From contig CAXXSE010000004.1 of NCBI GenBank assembly GCA_963664935.2, positions 53,651-117,650 on the forward strand: DNA of 64,000 bases. Direction: 5' to 3'. A model generated the notes under the pieces. It was not told where the DNA came from. It did not search any database and worked only from the letters and a program-made list of their open reading frames with translations. Shown one piece after another: positions 28,716 to 37,332 of this stretch (position 1 is the first letter of the stretch; every line of letters starts with the position of its first letter). The stretch comes from Methylococcales bacterium. Its GTDB lineage: Bacteria > Pseudomonadota > Gammaproteobacteria > Methylococcales > G963664935. Both the position numbers and the translations under genes were made by a program.

Positions 28716-31598
28716 TTGCAGGATTTTTTGCCCGGTCAGCGCTGGATTAATCATCTTGAATCTCAAATGGGATTGGGGACGGTTGTGTCCACAGAACATC
28801 GTACCGTCACCCTCCTTTTTCCCGCCACCGACGAGACCCGAACCTTTGCCAAACAAAGCGCGCCATTGACACGGGTTGTTTTTGCTCCTGGAGATTCCAT
28901 CCGCGATCAGGATGGTACGGAGCTTGAAGTACAATCGGTTTTGGAAAACCAAGGTCTGCTCATTTATGTCGGTACGGCAATAGACGGTAAACCGACCGAA
29001 ATCCACGAAAGCCAACTGGACTCGTCGGTGCAATTGAACCGTCCCACGGAGCGGCTATTCAACGGCCAAATCGATTCCGGTAAATGGCTTGAAATCCGCT
29101 ACCAGACCTTGCTTCACCTTAACCGGCTCGCGCACTCGGACCTTCGCGGCCTAAGCGGTTGCCGAACCAGCTTGATACCCCACCAACTCTATATCGCCCA
29201 CGAAGTCGCCAACCGTTTTGCTCCAAGGGTGCTTTTGGCCGATGAGGTCGGATTGGGGAAAACCATTGAAGCGGGTTTAATTCTACATCAACAGTTATTG
29301 ACGGGACGTGCAACACGAGTATTGATCGTGGCGCCCGCAAGCTTGATTCATCAGTGGTTGGTAGAAATGCTCCGGAAGTTTAATTTGCACTTCAGCATCT
29401 TCGATGAAACGCGTTGCCAGGCCATCGAACAAAGCACTGGCCAGCAAAATCCCTTTCACGGTGAGCAACTGATTCTCTGTAGTCTGGAATTTTTGATTCA
29501 ATATTCGCATCGTACTCAGCAAGCCATCGCGGGTGACTGGGACCTCCTAGTCATCGACGAAGCGCACCACCTGCAATGGACACCGGAAAACACTAGCCCT
29601 GAATATGAAATTGTCGAAAGGCTCGCGGCCGAAACCAAAGGCCTGTTGCTTCTGACCGCGACCCCTGAACAGCTCGGGAAAACCGGCCATTTTGCCCGTC
29701 TTCGTTTGCTCGATCCCAATCGCTTCCATGATTTGGGGGCCTTTACTAAAGAGGAAAATTCTTATGAATCCATCGCCCATGTCATTTCAACGCTTTGCGG
29801 TCATCAGCCGCTTAACGAACAAGATCGCCAAACATTAGCCGAAACCATAAAAGAAGGCGATAACCAAGCCTTACTCGACACCCTGCGAACAACCACCACC
29901 GACTTGGAACAGCAGGCTTCCGCGCGCGAAGAACTGATTGAACACCTCTTAGATCGCCATGGCACCGGGCGTGTTTTATTCCGTAATACGCGCGCTACGG
30001 TGAAGGGGTTTCCCCAAAGAAAATTATCCGCTTACCCTTTGCCTCTACCCGAGCTCTATGAAAAATGTTTAGCGAAAGCTGAAACCGCTGAAATCCAGAG
30101 GTTACTTTCTCCGGAACGACTCTATCAATCAACGCGCTCACCGGATCAACCCCAATGGACTCAATTTGATCCAAGAGTCAACTGGCTTTACGAACACCTG
30201 ACGGATCTGAAACCCAATAAAGTATTAATCATCACCGCCAGTGCCGACACCGCCATGGATCTCGCGCAAGCACTCAAAATTCAGAAAGGTATTCATGCGG
30301 CAATTTTCCATGAAGGCCTCAGTATCGTGGAAAGAGACCGCGCGGCGGCTTTTTTCGCCGATCGGGAAAGCGGTGCGCAAGTGCTTTTGTGCTCGGAAAT
30401 TGGAAGCGAAGGCCGCAATTTCCAATTCGCCCATCACCTTATCCTATTTGATTTACCAATCAATCCAGATTTACTGGAACAACGCATCGGGCGGCTCGAT
30501 CGTATCGGCCAAACGGATACCATAAACATTCATGCGCCTTATCTTAGAAATAGTGCTCAGTCCACGCTATTTCATTGGTATCAGGAAGGACTGGATGCTT
30601 TTCGCCATACTTGTCCGGCGGGGCATACGGTTTTTGTCCAGGTAGAACATGAACTGCTTGAGGTCTTAGGGAAACCCAATGCCGATATTCGAAATCTTAT
30701 TCAAATCACACAGGATGCCCATCGGGAACTTAACGAAGTCTTGCACCGTGGAAGGGATCGTTTACTGGAATACAATTCTTGCCGACCCACTATTGCCAAC
30801 GAAATCACCGAACGGGCATCGATGGAAGACAAGACCTCAACCTTGCCGGACTACATGGAATCCGTTTTCGACTGCCTTGGGGTAGAAACCGATATCCATA
30901 GCCAAGATTGTTATATTGCCCGCCCCGGCAACCACATGATTGACAAGTTTCCACATCTGCCGGACGATGGTTTGACTTTCACCTACTCAAGGAATATAGC
31001 CCTTGCTAAAGAAGACATCCATTTCTTAAGCTGGGACCATCCCATGGTCATCGCGGCGATGGATCTGATACAGAATAACGAATTGGGAAATACCGCCGTG
31101 ACCGCCGTCAAATATTCGGACGTCAAACCCGGCACGTTGCTTATGGAATGCCTGTACATTCTTGAGCCCACATCCATCAAAACACTTGAAACCCAACACT
31201 ACCTCCCCCCCACCGTCGTGCGTGTGGTCATCGATGAAATCGGCAATGACCACGAAACCAAGCTGAGTCATGCTTTAATCAAAAAAAATCAGACGCTGGT
31301 CGATTCGGAAACAGCCAATCAAATTGTTCGATCTAAAGCCACGGAACTGAGACAACTGATTTCCAACAGCGAAATCCAGGCCGAATTAAAAGCCAAGGGA
31401 ATTCGTAATGCCGCGAAAAAGCAATCAACTAAAACCCTGGTCAAGGAAATCAATCGACTAAGAGCACTAAGCCAAGTGAATCCCAATGTACGCACCGATG
31501 AAATCGAATTCTTTGAACAACGATTGGTTACGCTGATCAATATACTCGATTCCGCGATTCTTCGCCTTGATGCTCTTAGAGTGATCATATCGATCTAA
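28716..31598 (+). CDS. rapA: RNA polymerase-associated SNF2-family ATPase RapA (HepA)
   Basis: 960 aa. The N-terminus is PGQRWINHLESQMGLGTVV. Helicase motifs are LLADEVGLGKTIEAG, DLLVIDEAHHL, LLLTATPEQLG and SEIGSEGRNFQF. The start is a TTG. Confidence 0.9.
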   Translation: MQDFLPGQRWINHLESQMGLGTVVSTEHRTVTLLFPATDETRTFAKQSAPLTRVVFAPGDSIRDQDGTELEVQSVLENQGLLIYVGTAIDGKPTEIHESQLDSSVQLNRPTERLFNGQIDSGKWLEIRYQTLLHLNRLAHSDLRGLSGCRTSLIPHQLYIAHEVANRFAPRVLLADEVGLGKTIEAGLILHQQLLTGRATRVLIVAPASLIHQWLVEMLRKFNLHFSIFDETRCQAIEQSTGQQNPFHGEQLILCSLEFLIQYSHRTQQAIAGDWDLLVIDEAHHLQWTPENTSPEYEIVERLAAETKGLLLLTATPEQLGKTGHFARLRLLDPNRFHDLGAFTKEENSYESIAHVISTLCGHQPLNEQDRQTLAETIKEGDNQALLDTLRTTTTDLEQQASAREELIEHLLDRHGTGRVLFRNTRATVKGFPQRKLSAYPLPLPELYEKCLAKAETAEIQRLLSPERLYQSTRSPDQPQWTQFDPRVNWLYEHLTDLKPNKVLIITASADTAMDLAQALKIQKGIHAAIFHEGLSIVERDRAAAFFADRESGAQVLLCSEIGSEGRNFQFAHHLILFDLPINPDLLEQRIGRLDRIGQTDTINIHAPYLRNSAQSTLFHWYQEGLDAFRHTCPAGHTVFVQVEHELLEVLGKPNADIRNLIQITQDAHRELNEVLHRGRDRLLEYNSCRPTIANEITERASMEDKTSTLPDYMESVFDCLGVETDIHSQDCYIARPGNHMIDKFPHLPDDGLTFTYSRNIALAKEDIHFLSWDHPMVIAAMDLIQNNELGNTAVTAVKYSDVKPGTLLMECLYILEPTSIKTLETQHYLPPTVVRVVIDEIGNDHETKLSHALIKKNQTLVDSETANQIVRSKATELRQLISNSEIQAELKAKGIRNAAKKQSTKTLVKEINRLRALSQVNPNVRTDEIEFFEQRLVTLINILDSAILRLDALRVIISI

Positions 31599-31678
31599 AT
31601 AGTAGGGGGGACTCGTTAGGTTGCCTCTGGCAATAAGACAAAAAAATCTTTTCAAGCAAGTTGTCGTTTCTATATGTG

Positions 31679-32017
31679 TTATATTCCAATTATTTGGTTT
31701 AACCCATCTACGATTTCCGCCAACTGCTCAGGTTCAACAGTCCCTAGCTTCCTGCCGATTCTTTCTACGGATAATGTGCGTATTTGGCTTATCTTTACCC
31801 AGGATGGTTTCTGTAATTGGTTGGATTCGAGGGGATAGGTAAGAGGAAAACTAGCTTTTTGAGGCCGGCTCGTTAAAGCCAAGGCAATAACAGTACCAGA
31901 GCGTTTGTTGAAAATATCATGGCTTAGAATAAGCACCGGCCTATGCCCTGCCTGCTCATGGGCACGAGTTGGACTGAGCCCCGCCCAGCGAATATCTCCC
32001 CTTAATATTCGGGCCAT
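31679..32017 (-). CDS. mazF: MazF/PemK-family type II toxin (endoribonuclease)
   Basis: It has GDIRWAGLSPTRAHEQAGHRPVLILS ... SWVKISQIRTLS. It overlaps the upstream antitoxin gene. Confidence 0.85.
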   Translation of the reverse strand: MARILRGDIRWAGLSPTRAHEQAGHRPVLILSHDIFNKRSGTVIALALTSRPQKASFPLTYPLESNQLQKPSWVKISQIRTLSVERIGRKLGTVEPEQLAEIVDGLNQIIGI

Positions 32018-32244
32018 TCAGATAAATCCTCCGTTAAGCCTTTCTCCGCTAAAGCCTTTTCATACTCCGGATCCAATTTTGCGCATTCCTGAGCCAGGAG
32101 ACTTTGATTCAACCGACTCAGTTTTTCTTTTACCGCCTCCTGAATTGCACGGCTTCGATTAGGGAACATGCGCTTTTTCACCAATGCGTCAACCTCGGCT
32201 AACATGCTGGATTCTAATGTGATTGCTATTTTGCTACTGCTCAT
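32002..32244 (-). CDS. Ribbon-helix-helix (CopG-like) antitoxin partner of MazF
   Basis: The N-terminal KIAITLESSMLAEVDALVKKRMFPNRSRAIQEAV is RHH-like. It overlaps mazF by 16 nt. Confidence 0.75.
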   Translation of the reverse strand: MSSSKIAITLESSMLAEVDALVKKRMFPNRSRAIQEAVKEKLSRLNQSLLAQECAKLDPEYEKALAEKGLTEDLSEWPEY

Positions 32245-32473
32245 GGGACACCTCCATTAGTATGATTGTTAATCATACTTTTAGATTCGTCAAGAAATAA
32301 TTGGGGTTACCCATCAGAAATAAGCGGACGCTACTGTTTTTTACAAGATTGGGTATATTTCACCGATGCTGAGAATGGCTTGAACCGTTTTTGCAGGACT
32401 TTCGCACCACATTACACAGCGAGGTAATCGTCGTGAAGATGTGTTTTTTCTTGACGAAGATCGAGAGGTTTAT

Positions 32474-32713
32474 CTAGGAGGCTGTCCGAGAATAGAGAGC
32501 CTACTGCGGAAAAGCGGGTTTTGGCCAGACTTTCCCATAATTTTGATGAAATACATCCCTATATTTCACACCTATGGGCCGCTTTTAGCGGTCCAAACCC
32601 GCTCCAGGCGGGCTTGTCGTTAAAGACAGTAAGTATTCGCCTCATTTAATCGAAAAAATGGACTCAAAACCGCATTCCCTCGCGACGGCTCCTATTCCCG
32701 GACAGCCTCATAG
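32474..32713. repeat. MITE-like unit: two REP-like repeats in inverted orientation flanking ~130 bp
   Basis: The left arm is CTAGGAGGCTGTCCGAGAATAGAGAGCCTACTGCGGAAAAGCGGGTTTTGG (32474-). The right arm is CTCAAAACCGCATTCCCTCGCGACGGCTCCTATTCCCGGACAGCCTCATAG (-32713). The internal segment holds short GC hairpins. Confidence 0.6.
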
Positions 32714-32746
32714 AAATACCTACCCCCATATCGCGGAGTAACCTCA

Positions 32747-33030
32747 ATGACCACCAATATTCTAATTGTTGACGATCATCCGGTTTTTCGACGTGGCTTA
32801 TACGAAATCATCAATGATAGTGTTGATTTTAAGGTAGTCGCCGAAACCGGAGATGGTCAATAAACGCAACATGCGTTGCGCGACATCCCGCCGGACATTG
32901 CCATACTCGATATCGCCATGCCGGGACTAAGCGGCTTGGATGTTCTCGCCAAAACCAATCACTGGGCGCAACGACCAATCTTCGTCATGTTGATGATGTC
33001 CGATGACCAAGCTTATTTGCGCAGAGCCAA
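32747..33030 (+). pseudogene. NarL/LuxR-type response-regulator receiver domain, in-frame TAA and 3' truncation
   Basis: It reads MTTNILIVDDHPVFRRGLYEIINDSVDFKVVAETGDGQ*TQHALRDIPPDIAILDIAMPGLSGLDVL. The TAA is at 32861-32863. No output domain follows. Confidence 0.75.
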
Positions 33031-33501
33031 GGTAATATTCTGCTCAATCGCTTGATGTTTAGCGGAGGTTAATAGCTGATCATCGATGTTGATTGTTGTT
33101 CGCATGATTGATTTTGGAATTACATGGGTTGATATATTTATAGTCTAACAGGTTAGTAATAAGTATGATAAATAAATATATGGTCTGATCATTTTTGTTT
33201 TAGAAATAACCACCAGTGTTTTTGCGATGTGCAATCGGTCATGTTCCCCGGAATGACGGGCCATTTTCAGTGGAATAGGCACAAGCCACTGAAACTTGGT
33301 TAATTTTACGCACCTCAGCTCACAAATTCCGAATATTGTTGGAATGTTAAAACTAACTCTGGCATCCCCGCCACGAAGTAATTCTGGATAAAACAAAGGA
33401 TGGCTGATTGCTGCGTTTTAGCAAGACCTGACCCCTCTGGTTTTCCTTATCCAGAGCATTCGAGTCACTGACCCAATCGGTTTCATTAAAGAGGTACTGG
33501 C

Positions 33502-33642
33502 ATGATTACCGACACAGAGATAAAAACTAAAGGCTTTCAGGTACTTGCCCAGCATCTAGGCGATATCGAAGCCGAACGATTTGTCGCACTAATTCAAAGG
33601 GAAGCTTTCGATTACACGCAGTGGTGGCAGAGTCGAGTATAG
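33502..33642 (+). CDS. 46-aa small protein of the FDYTQW type (antitoxin-like; function unknown)
   Basis: It reads MITDTEIKTKGFQVLAQHLGDIEAERFVALIQREAFDYTQWWQSRV. The stop abuts the IS91-like repeat that starts at 33643, so the 3' end may be altered. Confidence 0.4.
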   Translation: MITDTEIKTKGFQVLAQHLGDIEAERFVALIQREAFDYTQWWQSRV

Positions 33643-34200
33643 GAAGAATAAACCACCTTTTTTTTCAAATGAGAAAGTATCAATGGCGCAATGAATTGTC
33701 AATCACGATCTAAAATCGGAATTTCTAGCTCTTTGTGAAGGCTTTTTCCCTGGTCAATGCAAAGATTTTGGCAAATTGAGTCGTTTTAGAAGGCAAAGGC
33801 CATAGAGGATGGTCGGATCAAGACTGAACCGGATTGAAGTGGTTGTGGATTTGGAATTAGGCGATTCCAGATAGACGGAATGCCTGGGGCGGTGAACGAG
33901 GCGGCGCCCTGGTGGATAAACCAAGATGGGCAAGGATCTTAGCGATCACCGTGGGTTCTTCGATGGCAGCGATGATTTTTAGTTCACCCCCACAGTGAGG
34001 ACAGTGTTCGATGTCGGTATCGAACACCCGTTTAAGCAAACGAGCCCAGCTAATGCGGGTAGCAGGCGGTAGCTGAGGCACCTCGCCATGTTTATCTGTC
34101 GTGTTATTGGCGTTGACTGCTTCGCCTGGAATGATTTCGGAACGGTGTTTGGCGTTGGGCGCAAGTATGCCGCGTGGGATACGGAAGAACAAAGACAGAC
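33643..34200 (-). mobile_element. Truncated second copy of the IS91-family element (3' flank plus C-terminal ~110 codons of the transposase)
   Basis: It is colinear with nt 1-~560 of the window. It encodes GILAPNAKHRSEIIPGE ... RISWARLLKRVFDTDIEHCPHCGGELKIIAAIEEPTVIAKILAHLGL. The homology ends near 34165-34205, where G+C-rich DNA begins. Confidence 0.8.
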
Positions 34201-34357
34201 GGGGCTGCTCGCTTGGTGTCATTGTGACGTCTCCTGTGCCTTGGCGGGTCATCCGCGCAAGGTCGCGCAGTCTAGCATCGGGCCGAATTCGGAGTCGAGG
34301 GAAACTCCGCGACGACTGCGAGCCAGCCCGGTGGCGGGGCCTGCACACGGCTGTTGA

Positions 34358-35602
34358 TCAGGTGCGATCGGCTTCGCTCGTTGGAACCCGCTTCGTCGCT
34401 CGATACGCGCGGTATGCGTGCGCAAAGGACTGGCTTTCGCCGTCGAGTTCGGAGTTCACGAGCTTGAACGCGGTCCGAATCGCCTTCGCCACCCGCAGGA
34501 TTCCCGCGTCTTCGATCCTCTCGATGCGGCCCGTGCTCGGCAGGTAGAACATCGCGTGTCCCGCCCACTCCGGAACGTCGATGCCCAGGCCTCTCAGTGT
34601 CGAGGCTACGTGCGGCCAGTTCTCGTCGAGGTCACTACGGTTGGACACCGAACCGATCAGGTACCCGCTCTTGAGTTCGGGAGGTACGAAGATCACCGTC
34701 TTCTTCCACAGCGCTGGGCTGCCGTGCAGGGCTGCGAGTTCCTCGACGAGTCCATCGGTGTCCGAGGGGATGACGACGATGCCCTTGGCGTGTTTGGCGA
34801 ATCGATCGAATATCGCGCGCCAGTTCTCGTCGGAGGTCTTGATCTGGATCGCGTTGGTGGCGTCGGCGGCGTGGTTGAAATCGAATCGTCCGATGGCGAC
34901 GACGGAGCCCAGCTTCGTCAGGGCGGTGGTGAGCCGCGGGATGATGGGCAATCCGGGGACCGACACCATTCCACCGTCCTTATCGAACGTCATTCCCTCG
35001 GGGGCATCGAGATTGAATCGGTTTCCGAACGAGCGGAGTAGCAGGAAGTAGGGGCGGTGGCGAAGTCGGGCGTAGGATCGAGCCACGAACTCCTTGAGCG
35101 GTCGACGCGCGAAGAGCAGCCCGCGGAAGAGGGCCATGAACGTGGCGAAGAGCGCGAGGATCGGCAGGATTCCGGCCAGCCAAACAGGGAGCCATTCGGG
35201 TGGCCAGAAGCTGTCGTCCAGGCCTCTGAAGAAGGTGATGATCTGTCCCATCACGAGGCAGGTGAGCGCGAGCGTGAACAACAAGGGTACGTTGGCGATG
35301 AACTCGCGGACGTTGTCACCGAAGTAGGCGAACAGTCCGTAGAAGAGCATGCTCGAGCAGAGCGCTGTGCCGCCGAAGAAGGTGAACACGAGCCACCAGT
35401 CCAGCGTGTACCGGTCTCCGAGGTCGGCGCCCCAGACGGCGAAGACGGCCATCAGGCTGAGGCCGAGAGAGGTGAGCGCGAGTAGGTCCTTTGGAAGGGT
35501 TCGCTCTTCTTCGTTGAAGTAGCTCCAGATTCCGTAGGCGAACCCGCCGACTGAGGAGGCACCGAGGAACACGATGGCGAGTATGCTCTCCCACGAACTC
35601 AT
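34358..35602 (-). CDS. Membrane protein: ~5 N-terminal TM helices plus ~230-aa cytoplasmic Rossmann-like domain (LOG/SLOG/nucleoside-deoxyribosyltransferase-like signature; unassigned)
   Basis: 414 aa. It is the only long ORF in the block with a coherent architecture. The TM helices include ILAIVFLGASSVGGFAYGIW, LLALTSLGLSLMAVFAVWGA, WWLVFTFFGGTALCSSMLFYGLFAYF, VPLLFTLALTCLVMGQIITFF and WLAGILPILALFATFMALF. The C-terminal domain has YFLLLRSFGN, GSVVAIG, WRAIFDRFAKHAKGIVVIPSDTDGLVEELAAL. Confidence 0.6.
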   Translation of the reverse strand: MSSWESILAIVFLGASSVGGFAYGIWSYFNEEERTLPKDLLALTSLGLSLMAVFAVWGADLGDRYTLDWWLVFTFFGGTALCSSMLFYGLFAYFGDNVREFIANVPLLFTLALTCLVMGQIITFFRGLDDSFWPPEWLPVWLAGILPILALFATFMALFRGLLFARRPLKEFVARSYARLRHRPYFLLLRSFGNRFNLDAPEGMTFDKDGGMVSVPGLPIIPRLTTALTKLGSVVAIGRFDFNHAADATNAIQIKTSDENWRAIFDRFAKHAKGIVVIPSDTDGLVEELAALHGSPALWKKTVIFVPPELKSGYLIGSVSNRSDLDENWPHVASTLRGLGIDVPEWAGHAMFYLPSTGRIERIEDAGILRVAKAIRTAFKLVNSELDGESQSFAHAYRAYRATKRVPTSEADRT

Positions 35603-35767
35603 CGCTGAGGTGATGCGGGTCTTGCGGGCGGGAATCCCGTCGGCCTGGACGAGATGGGCATGGAGAGCGAGGGGCTCGTTGCGTGCAATCTGGGCATCTC
35701 GTCAGTTGATGGCGGGGCAGGGCGAAACCATGGATCGCCGTCGGGCCGCCGGAGTCGACGATGGAGC

Positions 35768-36135
35768 TCAGTTGGCATCGCGGCGCCCGGGCGGCCGCTT
35801 GGGTCGCCGGAAGAATTGGGTTTCTGGCGAGAGATCGCTCGCGCCATCGCGTGCGGCGAGGATCTCGAGCACGAGCTCCTCGATGCCTTCCGAGACGATG
35901 CGCCACGCGCTATCGCGATTCGGCCACGTGTCAACGGATCTAGCATCCTTTGGCAACGCTTGCAGTTCCCCGAACTGCGCGCGACTCCAGTTCGTGTCGC
36001 GGATGATCACAGGTACCACGCGCGCGGATCTGGCGGTCGTGCCACTGGGAGATCAGACCGCTGCGCTCGAGGATCTTGAGGTGCGTCTCCAGGTCGTTGT
36101 CAGTCATGAATCCTCCAAAAAGAACCCGCTCCGTC
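35768..36135 (-). pseudogene. TIR-domain gene remnant (internal deletion/frameshift)
   Basis: The N-part is RVLFGGFMTDNDLETHLKILERSGLISQWHDRQIRA. It is joined out of frame, at a CGCGCGCG tract near 36020, to the C-part VVPVIIRDTNWSRAQFGELQALPKDARSVDTWPNRDSAWRIVSEGI. Both parts match the bacterial TIR_2 pattern, but the central ~60 aa are missing. Confidence 0.5.
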
Positions 36136-36814
36136 GAGACGGGTCGTGTATCGATCTTATTGGCCTTGGCCGCGATGACAATGTGCGTGCCGTTCAATCA
36201 ACAGCGCAGGACCAAAGGAATCGCCACCGCTCGACCTGGAGCATCGGTGGCTCGATTGCTAGAAAATTTGATTCCGGGGGCGGGTTCATGAGGTGGGCGG
36301 AGCCGGGGATGGAGGGGGTTTATTGGTTAAGTCACCAACTGTTATGGTTCGAAGGTTTTTTACCGATTCTTGTGAAAAACGTTGTATTCGATCAATTGTT
36401 GGTTCTGGTGTTTCAAGTTTATTAAGAAAAATCAATGCAGCCATAAAAACACCTATGGCAAGCAATGCGTCTATTTCGAATAACTGACTTTTACGATTAC
36501 GTCTCAAACTACTTACCTCTTTTTAGATAATTTACAGCATATTCGTATTTAAAACTGTTGGTATAGAAATGAGAAAAAGATTATCGTTATTCTGTTGTTT
36601 TTTGCACTGTTTGAAATACTACGTACTGAGATGCGTTTCCGCCATTAGAAACATATACAGTTCCTGGACTCCGTACACTTGTCACCTTTTTCCCGTTGGA
36701 GTCCATAAGATCAACTGGATTGTAATTTATTAGATCGGTTGGGGCAAATAAACCTAGGGGTCTACCATAGAATTTTAGAATCAAATCCAACATCAAAATG
36801 TTTTTTATTTGATG

Positions 36815-37150
36815 GTGCGGGATGACTGTGGTGTGACTGGCATGGTAGTCAGCTAGCTGGTGAAAGTCCAGCCTTCACCCTGTGAGAAGGGAAGAAGTAG
36901 GCGAAAGCAAGGGTGCCCAAAGAAACTCTCAGTCTCTACCCAACAGGGAATCACGGTGATTGAGAGCCAATGCGGGATCCGAAGGAAGCTCTAGCCAAAT
37001 CGGTCACCTAAACGTAAGTGAACCTTCGTAAGGCGGCAACACAGGGGTACGGTGCCCGCGACCACCGAAGCCCAATATTCTCATCGTAATGTGTTGTTGT
37101 ATTGAAGGTAGGTAGATCGATAAACGGGTGACTATCTTACCCAGTGAAGG
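36815..37150 (+). mobile_element. Probable group II intron 5' fragment (domain I only, no RT ORF)
   Basis: It starts GTGCGGGATGAC. It is rich in GNRA/GAAA-capped helices (GGTGAAAGTCC, GGCGAAAGCAAGG, CCGAAGG). It has an ACCTAAA receptor-like motif like that in Ll.LtrB domain I. There is no coding potential. The 3' limit is approximate. Confidence 0.45.
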
Positions 37151-37189
37151 GCCGTCAGAAAAAAGGGGTCAGATCCTTTTTCAGTTCAG

Positions 37190-37332
37190 CCCACCAACAT
37201 TTTGGGGCTTTGCCGGGTCCGGCAAATCTCCATGGCGGCGAGTGCCTTGCGATGAGAGGGCAGAAGCTGCCCTGCATATTGCGCCAGAAACTCGGCGCCA
37301 AAAGTCTTAATGATCGATGATAACAGTATCAT
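37190..37332 (-). pseudogene. N-terminal fragment of an IS91-family transposase (integrase-associated subgroup)
   Basis: It reads MILLSSIIKTFGAEFLAQYAGQLLPSHRKALAAMEICRTRQSPKML and then homology stops. The ATG overlaps the integrase stop (ATGA). Confidence 0.55.

Larger units (their letters stand above)
34200..36330. other. G+C-rich block of foreign composition
   Basis: Sampled 60-nt lines give 37/60 (at 34681) and 42/60 (at 35401) G+C. This compares with 25/60 in core DNA (28021) and 18/60 in the adjacent AT-rich block (36481). Overlapping long ORFs on both strands are typical of high-GC DNA. Confidence 0.8.

Noticed and set aside
35316-36425. Long ORFs 35574-36425 (+, 283 aa), 35316-35906 (-, 196 aa) and several others overlap each other in the G+C-rich block.
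   Set aside because: High-GC DNA lacks stop codons in all frames. These ORFs overlap the better-supported 414-aa gene and the TIR remnant. They are Arg/Ala/Gly/Pro-rich and low in complexity, and they show no recognisable motifs.
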